A stretch of DNA of 56,081 nt, counting the filler, from Platydemus manokwari (Eukaryota): the NCBI GenBank assembly GCA_037951405.1. It is 5 parts of 5 records of this genome, joined end to end, with 100 filler letters (N's around TTAATTAATTAA, not from the genome) between each part and the next. Parts side by side here need not be neighbours in the genome. Positions count along the whole stretch, not along the records: positions 35,275 to 46,265 come from JBBMOY010992194.1; positions 46,366 to 56,081 come from JBBMOY011213989.1; 3 more parts are not named here. One strand, given 5' to 3'. Made by a program: the position numbers and the translations under genes. Below, piece by piece: positions 38,392 through 49,414 of the stretch; within the stretch, counting starts at the first letter, position 1, and every line of letters starts with the position of its first letter. The notes below the pieces were generated by a model that saw only the letters and a program-made list of their open reading frames with translations, searched no databases and was not told where the DNA came from.

Positions 38392-39246
38392 ATGTTCGAG
38401 ATAATAAATCATTATGAAAATCTCCTTAGAAATTTTAAACTTGTATTGATTTGCGATTTAGATGAAACCTTGCTTTCAACGATTTGCATAAAATCACATA
38501 ATTTAGAAGGCAGCTGTGATTCATATGATTATTTTCAACGAAAAATATCCGAAGAAAAAACCGATTATTATTGTGTGAAAAGACGACCCAATCTAGATGG
38601 TTTTCTCAAATCTATGAGCGAATTATTCGAATTGCATCTAATGTCCGCCGGTGAACATGAATATGTTCAGACGTGCTTGAAATTGATTGATCCAGAAAAA
38701 AAGTATTTTGGTAACAGAGTAGTGAGTCGAGAAATGATTGTTGGCGAAATTAACAAAACCGAAACAGTGATGGATATGTTTCCTTATTGTTTAAATATGA
38801 TAATTGCTCTTGATGATACCAGGGAGGTGTGGGAAAAGTTCCCATCGTTAATACATATAAAAGGCTTTGACTTTTTTTCAAACAATAGAACACAAATTGA
38901 ATCAATAGCTAAGGTTAATGACAAAATATTCACCAATTGGCTTAAACGTGTTTTGAATTCAATTCCAACAGATGATAATTATTTATTCATGGTAGAACAT
39001 TTGCTAAGAACTATTCACAAAGAATTCTTTGAAGACTTCACGAGTACGATTAGTCGAAAGGTAATAACAAGACAACATGTAAGAACTTATGTGAAATATC
39101 AAAAAAATGAACGGTATAAAATACGTGGAGATTATCACGATTTTACTGAAAGAATGAGAAAAGACATCGTAAGAGTGAAGAGTGGAGAAAGACGTTCCAA
39201 GGAAACAAGAGAGAAAACCGATAAAGAATCTATGAAAGCCTTTTAG
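38392..39246 (+). CDS. FCP1-like HAD-family CTD phosphatase (FCPH/NIF domain only), intronless
   Basis: KLVLICDLDETL (DxDxT), KRRPNLDGFL, FELHLMSAG..EYV, YFGNRVVSRE and IIALDDTREVW are present. No BRCT domain. Confidence 0.9.
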   Translation: MFEIINHYENLLRNFKLVLICDLDETLLSTICIKSHNLEGSCDSYDYFQRKISEEKTDYYCVKRRPNLDGFLKSMSELFELHLMSAGEHEYVQTCLKLIDPEKKYFGNRVVSREMIVGEINKTETVMDMFPYCLNMIIALDDTREVWEKFPSLIHIKGFDFFSNNRTQIESIAKVNDKIFTNWLKRVLNSIPTDDNYLFMVEHLLRTIHKEFFEDFTSTISRKVITRQHVRTYVKYQKNERYKIRGDYHDFTERMRKDIVRVKSGERRSKETREKTDKESMKAF

Positions 39247-41215
39247 ATTTTTATTATAAATTTTCATGTATACATTGTTGTAAATAATTTTGTGTTTTTT
39301 TATTGATTTAATTGTAATTTTTTTGTTATTTGTGGAATTTATGTTTTATGATTGTACATTTATTTTTGAGCATTTTTTGGATGTTTTATTGCTTTTTATG
39401 ACTGGAGATTAAACTCGAATAATTTCAATAATATGTAAAAATAACAGATGTAATTTATTTATTGATCGGGTAATGAGAAATAATCAATGTGAATTCGTAA
39501 CCTATTTTATTTTATTTTTATCTATGTAAAGATGAAAGGAATTGGATCCAACCATCGAACAGAGCCAAACAGTGAAAAACTCTAAAGAACAGTTAACAAT
39601 TGATATATTTGTGATATACTCTGATAGTGAAACAATTGTAGATGAAAAGACGCCCATGGCTATTATTTAATATGAATAATTTAAAAAGACAAATGCCGAA
39701 ACAGAGTCGGAAAGACACGTTACAACATCCAATCAGTATGGGTTAAGAAAAAATTAAAATGATCAAGAGAAATCATTTCATAATACATAGAAGCGGTGAT
39801 GTAAACTAAATAAAGTTGGGATGCATTGAAAAACAATACATTGAACGAGTCAGTTAAAACTCAAGATCTTTACAGCAAAGGGTGAATCTGAATTTCTAAC
39901 AATGGAGAATGTATTGCAAAAAACCCCAATGTTGAAACTTCAATCAAAATCTAACTGCTAATGACTTTTAAAATTGATATTTGAATATTTCTATCCAATT
40001 TATTATAGTTTTTAATTTATGTGTTAAATATTTATTTAAAAGAGATAAAAATTTACACCAATAAGTTTATTTGAAGTAAAATAAATTAAATTTTTCAAAT
40101 AAATCAAAACAAAAATCAAAGTACCAAAAATAATTTAAAAGACACACAAAACAAACTATACGAATTTTAAAGTTTTAATGGACTCATCGATTTACATGCA
40201 CCCAAACTAAGTGATAATAAATATTCAAGCATAAATTAAAGAGACACTCTCATAAAGATTCACCGAGTGAAACTTGTATTCAAATGAAATATAATAAGCA
40301 ATTGTTGAGTAAAAAATAATAGAAAAAGGAATCAACCGAAAATATGTTGTGATCTTGTTTGTATAAATAAAATTAACTGTTTAAATAACATTTCCTTGAG
40401 GCATATCAATTCGGCTAATGGATTCCTGCTTTTGGATGTACAGGAAATATTAAACAAAAATTAATACTATTATTATGTTAAGATGTTCATTTCGTTCATT
40501 CATACAGAAACATTATCTACAAAAGATATTGATAGACGACACAAAACATTTATTCAACACTCCTTTAATATTCATATTACAGGTACAATGAGATGTAAAA
40601 GAACAACGCATCATTCCTAATACATCCTGATTGAAACTGATATAAGAGAGAAGCAGTGTCATTAAGTTACAAGAAATTATTTGAATTTAAAAAAATCATT
40701 TGCAACACAAACGTATCACTCGTCCCAATATATTATCCTACAGAAATATTAATATTTGTTATGATTGTATCACTGATGTGGCAAATTGGTTTACTTTATT
40801 AGCCAATATTGTGATAACTAATCATTGGTCATTGAATTATTTGTTTAACCAGATAAGGACAGTTAAAGGACGCGATCCATTATAAATGTGGCAGTACGAA
40901 GATAGTAAATATTTATTTACTATAAAAAAGATTTTATGCTAGTGTGCATCATGTTGAGCGAAGGTTATTGATAATTTAAAAAAGAAATAAAAATATTAAC
41001 AATATAATCTTTACCGGTTACGAAGTTGTGAAAATTAATATTGCAAAAGTGTTCCTAAATGAAAGCAAAATTGAGTAAATCATAAGTTTTTAATATAGTT
41101 TATTTAGCCGTTGATTTTCGGCAAATTAACAAGTTAATTATTGATTCCATGACATATCTGTAAAAATTAAAAAATATTATATAATTTTTCATAACGACAC
41201 TGAATTGTGAACATT

Positions 41216-41745
41216 TGTTGGGTATCTCACAAATCAATCAAAAGGCTCACAAGAACCAAGGAAAGGGTCAATACACACAGACCAGATAAACGCACTTACT
41301 GTTAATCAATCAGATTCGTTCTAATGTTAATCCATATTTAGAAGTTAAGAATCGACAGACACATACCTACACACGGCATCAAGCTCAAATATCCACCAAT
41401 GACTCGAAAGATGTAAAAGAAAATCTCAAATAAATAGATCCACGAACAAATCCAGCGGATGGAAAACGAGGATCCGTGATATCAAGCAGACACACCCGAT
41501 AGGACTATAAAACAGGTTGAATTTCATGAATTTCTCCCAGTCTTTTTTGGTCGGTAACTTCAGTTCTTAGCTCATGTGTGATTTTAGTAATCAGTCTTTT
41601 TGATTACTCTTCATTTTGTTTTGACTTACAGGAGCTGATCCAGTTTTTGAATGATTTTCTTTGTGAATTGTGTAAAGAGACTTTGAGTGTAGTATTTTTG
41701 TTAATGCAAATGTTCAGACCTAAATTATTGACTGATAACCCAACC
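41216..41745 (+). mobile_element. Solo LTR (Gypsy-like) with a 4-bp CATT target-site duplication
   Basis: Inverted termini TGTTGGGT-ATC ... GATAACCCAAC(C). CATT occurs at 41212-41215 and 41746-41749. TATAAAA lies at ~41506. The 3' part recurs at 48975-49201. Confidence 0.7.
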
Positions 41746-43759
41746 CATTGAATACCAAATGATCTTACTTAAGACATTCGTTAATTCATTATTTCTTCTT
41801 TGATAACAATCTATCAATGGTTCAATAATAAAAGCATAATAATTAAAAATAATATTAATAATTTTAATAAATAATATAAATTAATAAAAAAAGATTGAAA
41901 GAAAATCAATCAACAATTTCCTTTAAAAGAAAAAATGATTTTTACCAAAAGATAGATGGCGAAGTTTAAAAGTCACCTAAAAGGAATATGAATGGAAAAA
42001 TGTGCATTAAATGCAGAACGACCACTTGGGAAGAAATATAAAATAAAATGTGCCATTTAGAAGTCACAAGTTTACATTGCTATCAAGTATATAAATAATG
42101 CTGTTAAAACCATAAGAGACAGGAACTAAATTTGTCAAGAAGAAAAAATTATCAAACATAACAGCAAACATTGAAGTTCTAATTCACGAAAGAGAAAGAC
42201 TAGCAGAAGCTTGTAAGATCCAACTAATTTATAGATTTNNNNNNNNNNNNNNNNNNNNNNNNNNNNNNNNNNNNNNNNNNNNNNNNNNNNNNNNNNNNNN
42301 NNNNNNNNNNNNNNNNNNNNNNNNNNNNNNNNNNNNNNNNNNNNNNNNNNNNNNNNNNNNNNNNNNNNNNNNNNNNNNNNNNNNNNNNNNNNNNNNNNNC
42401 TCCTGTTTCTAAATAGTAACGATGTATTTTCCCAAACCGGGGAATATTTAATAGGCTTTTGTCTATTTAGATGTGATATGTGTTGTCAGTGTTTCTTTGT
42501 GATTCGTGGTTTTTGAGATAAGGAAAATATATTTAACATAAAAATATGTTGTTTTAATACTAAATAATTTGAATAAACCGTGTTATTTTATAGAAAGTTA
42601 TTTCAATATATAACATGATGTCAAGCGCAATTTTTCTTCAAGGAAAGTGAATCAATACTTGTTATCTTTAAAAAAATAACATCAACTCAACAACAGTAGG
42701 ATAACATTGTTCATATATCATGGATTTCACCAACCTGTTTGCTGCGTTTGAGCATTATATGATTTATTCTTATTTAACAATTTCTCAGATGATTTTTGAA
42801 CTAGGATTATCTTTGCTTTTTTATCAGTCTCTGTGAGGTCGCAACGTAATCTTATCATAATTTTCTTTCTTCACCTCACACTTAATACCGTATGAAGACA
42901 ATAAAAGCGGCAACAATGTCCTATATATTATTGTAAACACTATAATCAGTCTCTTAATGTTTCTAAATGCTATTATTTCTAATCCTCACTCAACCTTTTA
43001 CACTTAATGGCAATGGTTTGCAAACTCGTAGGGCATAAAATAATAGATGTTGATAGATTTTTGCTTTTTGAAGTGATAGAGGACTTCATAGTGATTTCTC
43101 CAATAATGGGCATAGACAAATAAAATCTCACCTTATTTATATGATTCATAATATTGTTAGGTCTATTTTTTGAGATTCCCAATATATTTTATAAATATTA
43201 CTTGAACTCTTAGACAAAAATCAGTATTCGATAACAGATTTTTGAGAAAAACATTCTAAATGTAATAAAATGAAATAAAAATTTTCAAAATTAAACGTTG
43301 GATGAATCAGTAGAAAGCCTCAAAGATGAAGAACGAAAACTTTGGATGACAATAAAAATGATTTATGAGCTTGGCGTAATAAAATGGAATTGGTTAAATT
43401 TCTAAAATCCGCCGTGCGTTAAAACGGTTATTAAACTGGGACAGTCTAAACCCGTCATAATGCTGTATTTAGGAAACAAAGTTAAAAATATATGTTGATT
43501 GTCAAAACTTCCGTTAAGCGAGCAATGTAAAATTAAAGATACATATAAGAAACGAAGAAGCGTTAGAGTATACAAAAAGTACACACATTCTCACAGAAAG
43601 TAATTAACAAAACAACAATTGTGCCGAATGGTGCTAAAATAAAGGTCCAAATCTTTCAAATTATTAGAGATTTGTTAATCAATGGGAAAGAATCTGATGC
43701 CAATAATATTGCAAAAGAAATAAAAAAAAATTTGGCAGAAAAAGAAAAATTAAAATAAT

Positions 43760-44040
43760 CAGAGGATACCACAAAATGCTACTACGCGTTACACTAGAAT
43801 GAGCTTATTACGCTATTATGGAAGAATATGATTGGCCATCAGTGGAAGTAGACGTCATAGAAATAACTGGAAAATGTTGGCCATATCAACAAAGTATTAT
43901 GATAAATGTGAAAATTAAAGCACCACATCAGAAAATAATAAACCATTGCAAATACTTGGATTATATATAACCGGACTATTCAAAACCATGAAATAGGATA
44001 TAACGATATCATAGGTATAGCTGATTATTTGGGAAATATG
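43760..44040 (+). mobile_element. Degenerate Gypsy integrase (HHCC finger and start of core)
   Basis: YHKMLL...YYAIMEEYDWPSVEVDVIEITGKCWP.QQ...KPLQILGL.ITGLF...GYNDIIGIADY, with stops and frameshifts. Confidence 0.65.
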
Positions 44041-44299
44041 AGTGCTTAATTTAGAACGATTGATGCAGAAACCATATCAAAATCGATATTGATAGATTGA
44101 ATATCAAAATTGCTTCAAAATGAGACAGTGAATATTAACTCTCAAATCAACAAAATGGAAATGAACAATTTCCTCCTTCTAGCGGCTTAAACTGACTACT
44201 CAAAATAAACAATAATCTCAACACTATTTGACTTACAATTGTCAATAGGTCATCCTTGCATCATCATATATGGTCAAAGTTTTGATGTGCTTGTGTGAG

Positions 44300-44680
44300 G
44301 GAAATTTTAATTTGATGTACCATTTCTTCAATTCCAATTGGTCAATCAATGCGAATATGTTGTTGTGTAGTCATGTCCTTAACCGAATTGTAAATTTTAT
44401 TTTCTGTTGTTTCTGATTATTTGGTTATTATCTCTGTATGACTGTGTTGGCATGTATGTGTTTGATACTTCAAACGGGTGCTCAGAGATACCAAAATCTT
44501 AATTTAGTGTAACATTTATCTTCATTCAACACTATCAATCTTCACATTCACAAGTTATAACAATTGTTAAGCTAAATTTCAGTGTCTGATATTTTGCTTA
44601 TAGTTGGATAATCCAATAGACATAGTAATGAGGTTATCATATAACAGATTACCTGGTCTCTCAGCATGTACGACTAGTGT
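44300..44680 (-). mobile_element. Possible R4/Dong-like REL-domain remnant
   Basis: Disrupted LITMSIGLSNYKQNIRH..LA.QL and IRNNRNKIY...TTQQHIRI resemble the knuckle-RH and pre-nuclease segments. Confidence 0.25.
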
Positions 44681-45223
44681 TGTAGTATTGGATGAATCAG
44701 GCCTTTATTTTATTGATTTTCGTATTGCAGTTTACTTTTATAATAATTTTTTACTGTGGTTAATTGATAATAATCGTAATATTATTTCAAAAGAGTTTTC
44801 GATATTTGATTAGTGACTGATAGATTGAATTTTACACTTAGAAGGAATAAATATATTGTATTGTTGTGATTTTAAAAAATATTAAAACCCAGCATATATA
44901 TTTAAATAATCTTTATATATTTACATAATTATTTTACAAAACTATTCAACTTACATGTCAAAGGCATGAAGCCTTTGTGTAATTGCAAAAATCTTGATAC
45001 TTTTTTCCTCAATTTCCACAATTATATATAAAAATTGAATGATACCGAAAAATAGTTTATATGACATAAGAATGATAATAAATTAGATTAGATTATGAAA
45101 CTTATAATTAAAATTATATAGCAAATCTTAAAATTATAATTGAAACATAGATTGAAACATTAAATTGTACACGATTTGTTTATAATGTCGTGATCCTTGT
45201 GGCAGTTTAAATTAGATTTTTTT

Positions 45224-45433
45224 ATGGTATTTTCAATTCAACTATTCAAAACTAGAACTACGCCATTCATATATTATTTGAAAAGATTTAAATCAAAAGA
45301 GATATTTTATGATGAAAAAGATATTGAAGAACAATTTATTCGAGGTTGGGGTCCAGGTGGACAATCTGTAAATAAAACTTGTAATGCAGTTTGTTTGAAA
45401 CACACTAAGACTGGAATTGTTATCAAGAATCAT
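45224..45433 (+). CDS. MTRFR: Mitochondrial translation release factor in rescue (C12orf65 family), exon 1
   Basis: Basic N-terminus. [28 protein letters not shown] contains the GGQ motif. GT donor at 45434. Confidence 0.9.
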
Positions 45434-45484
45434 GTTAGTTCTTGTAAAATGTTTAATCAATCAACAATCCTTATATTATTTTAG

Positions 45485-45700
45485 GATACTCGATCTCTGG
45501 AACAGAATCGTAAAATAGCTCGTGAAATACTAAATGATAAATTAGACGTACTGATAAATGGCGACAATGCAAGTTCCATTAAGGAAATGAAAGAAAAAGA
45601 CAAGAAAGAACGTGTTAAATATAACAAATCTGTTAAAAAGCTGGAATTGAAAAAAAATTACAAAGAAACGCTAAAGGAAAATATCAATGATAATGATTAA
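45485..45700 (+). CDS. MTRFR: MTRFR/C12orf65 exon 2: DTRSLEQNRKIAREILNDKLD...KENINDND*
   Basis: 51-nt phase-0 intron (45434-45484). TRSLEQNRKIAR and a Lys-rich tail are typical of the family. Total 141 aa. Confidence 0.9.
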   Translation, partial: DTRSLEQNRKIAREILNDKLDVLINGDNASSIKEMKEKDKKERVKYNKSVKKLELKKNYKETLKENINDND

Positions 45701-46265
45701 ATGCTTTGAAATTTCAAATATTTTTCTTATTAATATTTTATATATTAAGTTTAATTGTTGAAATTTTTAATTATTATTATTTTATATAAAAATACAAGGT
45801 TTATTAAATTTAAGGATTTAATAATATTTTGATTTCTGTAAATACTCTGGTCGATTTTAATCATTTTCCCTGATAGTTGGGCATGTCTAATAATTCAGCA
45901 ATTAGAAAATTCCCTAATATGACCAAAAATGTTTTTTGTCTTGTGACGTAAATCACATTAAAATGAATCTCTCGTAATTGTGAATGTTTTATCTGAAAAA
46001 TTCAATTTTAAATTTTAAATACATATTTCAGTGGTCAAGTGATAAATATTATTTATTTGGATGTCATAGAATCATAAAATTTTCTTAGTGAAATTGTATT
46101 GAAATATTTTTACAATTAAAGAAATCGTTTTACTGTATAAAGGTTGACCACTTAATAACCGTTCTAATAATTATATATGAAATACAACTTATTAGGCTGA
46201 GTCAAAAGTTATTCATGTTTTTTAGTTGTTTAAAGTTTTTGTTTTACCAAATCATTTAAACATAA

Positions 46266-46365
46266 NNNNNNNNNNNNNNNNNNNNNNNNNNNNNNNNNNN
46301 NNNNNNNNNTTAATTAATTAANNNNNNNNNNNNNNNNNNNNNNNNNNNNNNNNNNNNNNNNNNNN
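46266..46365. other. Artificial contig spacer
   Basis: 44N-TTAATTAATTAA-44N. Confidence 0.97.
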
Positions 46366-47579
46366 ATAAGTTTTGGCTTCATATTTTTTCAAATTTATTT
46401 TCAAATAAATTATTATTTAAAATTATGACCAGCAGTGCAGGAGCAGACTTTTAATAAATACAGCCTTTATTTTAATATCAAAGGTCTCCATTTTATCGAA
46501 CTTTATTTTTGGTCTCGTTTCAAATATTTATAAATCCTGATAGTTAATATTGTTATATTTACTGAATTGTTTAGCTGTGTCAATTTCATAATTATCACAA
46601 TCATCTATATTCAAATTTTTCAGATTTATCAAAAGAGGAAAGTATTAAATGTACATTTTAATTTTTGACTTTTCAGCTAATATTTGATTTGGCTGAAGTA
46701 AGGAAAAAGCGACTTAAAATAAAGTTATAAATTTATCGATTATATTTAAAAAATCGATATTTTTTATTCATTAATAAAATTTGGAATTTTTTATTTAAGT
46801 TCTTCAGAAGAATTTAGTTGTTTGAACTAGCTTATTAAATACATTAGAACTTTAAAATCTCCTAAAATTTGATTATTTGAAAAATGGGTCTAAGTATGTC
46901 AAATTGCGATTTATTGAAAACTAGCCAAGACTCCTAACATTAGAAGAACGTGATGAAATATTTTAAATGTTTACAATTATTTGATAATAAACAAGTAATA
47001 TTAGATTATTAAACAATTCGTGTGCTATTTATGATAAAAATTTTAAATTTGCATATAAATAAATCATAAAAGTGTTGTGATTAAAGTGGAGTTTAAATTT
47101 GATATTGTCCCTATTCGACATCCTAAAAATGAGCTTTGAGCTGAACTATAGGAATTAAGTTAAAAATCATAAATTGATAAAAATCTAATCAAAAAAACTA
47201 AATATTTTTCAAAAAAGATCATTTTTTAAAATTCTGCTGATAACTTAATTTCTTATTTTGATCTCAAGCTGAAGTGTCATCATTATGAAAGTGGATCAAA
47301 GAACCCCTTTTCTTAACTTAAGCCTTTGATTTATTTAAAATAATTAATTGATTTCGTAATAGTTTTGGATTTGTTACTATAAATAGAAAATATTTAAAAT
47401 TAAAAATTTTAAAAGTACCTTTTGACTTGAATAAAAAATTATTTGAAATCTTAAACATTTCAAGCTTCATTATAGATTAAATATTTATGGATATTTTAAA
47501 TGATTTATTGATGACAATATTTTGATTAAATTTTTTAATGGCTTTATTGTTAAGGTTATCTTTCTGATTCAAAATTGAA

Positions 47580-48420
47580 ATGAAGAGAAATATATTCGAA
47601 AATAAGTGGAAAATTATGAAAAAATATAATCTCGAATTCATTGAACAAATAAGTGCTGATCGTATATGCACAATTTGTAATAAAATATTGATAACCTCTT
47701 ACACTCAACCTTGTGATTGTCAATATTGTAAAGCACATATTAACGAATATTTAAAAGACAGGAGAAATAATTGCCCAGGACTTCAGGATAATATAAAGAT
47801 AACATCGTAAAAATGAACGACAATATACATATTGATTACCTAATAATATAATTTCAAGGAAAGAAGTAAAATGTCCAATATCGACTTGTCAGGCAATAAT
47901 AAAATAGGAGATGATACACAATCATTTGCAAGTGTGTCATAAAAACTTGATTGTTGTCCTTTTACAAATATTGGATCTGATGATGATAAGTAGAAGGTCA
48001 TCATTTAATAGAAATATGTTCTCATTCGAAATTATTGATGGATCGATAAAAATATTACAAAATGAGAATAACTTCATAAAGAATGACATCGATAAGTTGA
48101 AATTGGAAAATATCGATTAAAAAAATGAAAATAAATGAAAACAAAATAATAGTAAAATATTTTTGTAAATATGTTTTTTATTGATTATTTCAGAAAATTA
48201 TGAATGAAGAAAAAACAAATGTAAATTTCTAATTACTATTTATTACTTAGAAGGTGATTGTAGATTTGCAGAAATACGAAGAGAAAAATTCAACTGGAAT
48301 TGATGGTTTATTTAGAGAACCAAAATGGAAGATTAAATTCAGATCTGGAAACTATGAAGAATAAAGGCAATAAACAAGTGAAATGGATGTTTAAATTATC
48401 GATTGACTTGTAGCATCAGG
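47580..48420 (+). pseudogene. TRAF-like RING/zinc-finger gene, disrupted
   Basis: RING-like CTICNKIL...QPCDCQYCKAHI...CPG, then EVKCPISTC...NHLQVC...CPFTNIG (TRAF-type Zn finger) and a coiled coil. Stop at 47808-47810 and further frameshifts. Confidence 0.6.
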
Positions 48421-48974
48421 ATATAGATTTCAGAATTGATCAAGAAAACAAATCAATACCCATCTAAAATCATAATCTCTGCTTATATTTCATGGAATTT
48501 GTTTGCAAGAATAAATTTAAGAATATCTTAAAATAATCTATTGTTTTTTGTTATTTTTATTTTATATTTTTTAGAATATCGATCATAATTACATAATATG
48601 ATTTTCATTATTTTAATATTGATTATTGTTTTTATAATTATTGTGAATTTATAGCGAATTTACGAAAGTCAATCCATAAAGTTTTATTGAACCACCAAAT
48701 TCAAACAATTATTCGATTTTATTTTCAATCGATTATTTTATTTAACACAAACAAAATTATTTATAAAAACTTTCAAACATTTGTCGAGTAGGTAAAAAAA
48801 TAAACACTTAAAAAGTAATTAAAAAATTCTAAACAAACATACTTAGAAATATTCTGAAAGAAAATCATTAATAATTTGCTTAAATCAAAAAATAAAAATC
48901 AATAGAATATTATAGAACAAATTGTTTAAATTAATCAATGTAATAATGTGCTCATTTTTGACAACAATATCCGG

Positions 48975-49201
48975 TCTTCATTGGCCGGTAACTTCAGTGA
49001 TTAGCTTATGTGTGACTTTAGTAATCAGTCATTTTGATTACTCTTCATTCTGTTTTTAACTTTCGGGTGCTGATCCCATTTTGAGTGATTTTCTTTGTGA
49101 ATTGGGCAAAGATTTGTTATTATTATAATTATTGGGACTTTGAGTGTATTAATTTGGTTAATACAGATTTGTAGATTCAAACTGTTGTTGATAACCCAAC
49201 A
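48975..49201 (+). mobile_element. Partial (3') copy of the LTR family at 41216-41745
   Basis: Aligns by eye with 41540-41745 and ends GATAACCCAACA. Confidence 0.8.
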
Positions 49202-49390
49202 CATTAGTCTTTCTATAAAATAACCGATTTTTGTCCTATCCCTTGTTATTGAATTCTCTATATATTTTCTTTCTTTTTATATCAAATTCGCCTTATTTAT
49301 ATATATTTTATATCTATCATATATGTCCTTATCATTACTTCTACTTTCTCTATATCGTCCTTCACTTTCTGGTGCTGATCTGACACAGAA

Positions 49391-49414
49391 TCGAATCCAA
49401 ATTCACGATCGCCA
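49391..49414 (-). mobile_element. Primer-binding-site-like sequence (TGGCGATCGTGAA...) of an LTR retrotransposon remnant
   Basis: The plus strand reads TCGAATCC...CACGATCGCCA, i.e. a tRNA 3' end with CCA (Arg-like). A purine-rich leader follows on the minus strand. Confidence 0.45.

Noticed and set aside
42979-43182. ORF resembling a LINE AP-endonuclease segment
   Set aside because: Catalytic motifs (QET, GDFN, SDH) are not recognisable.
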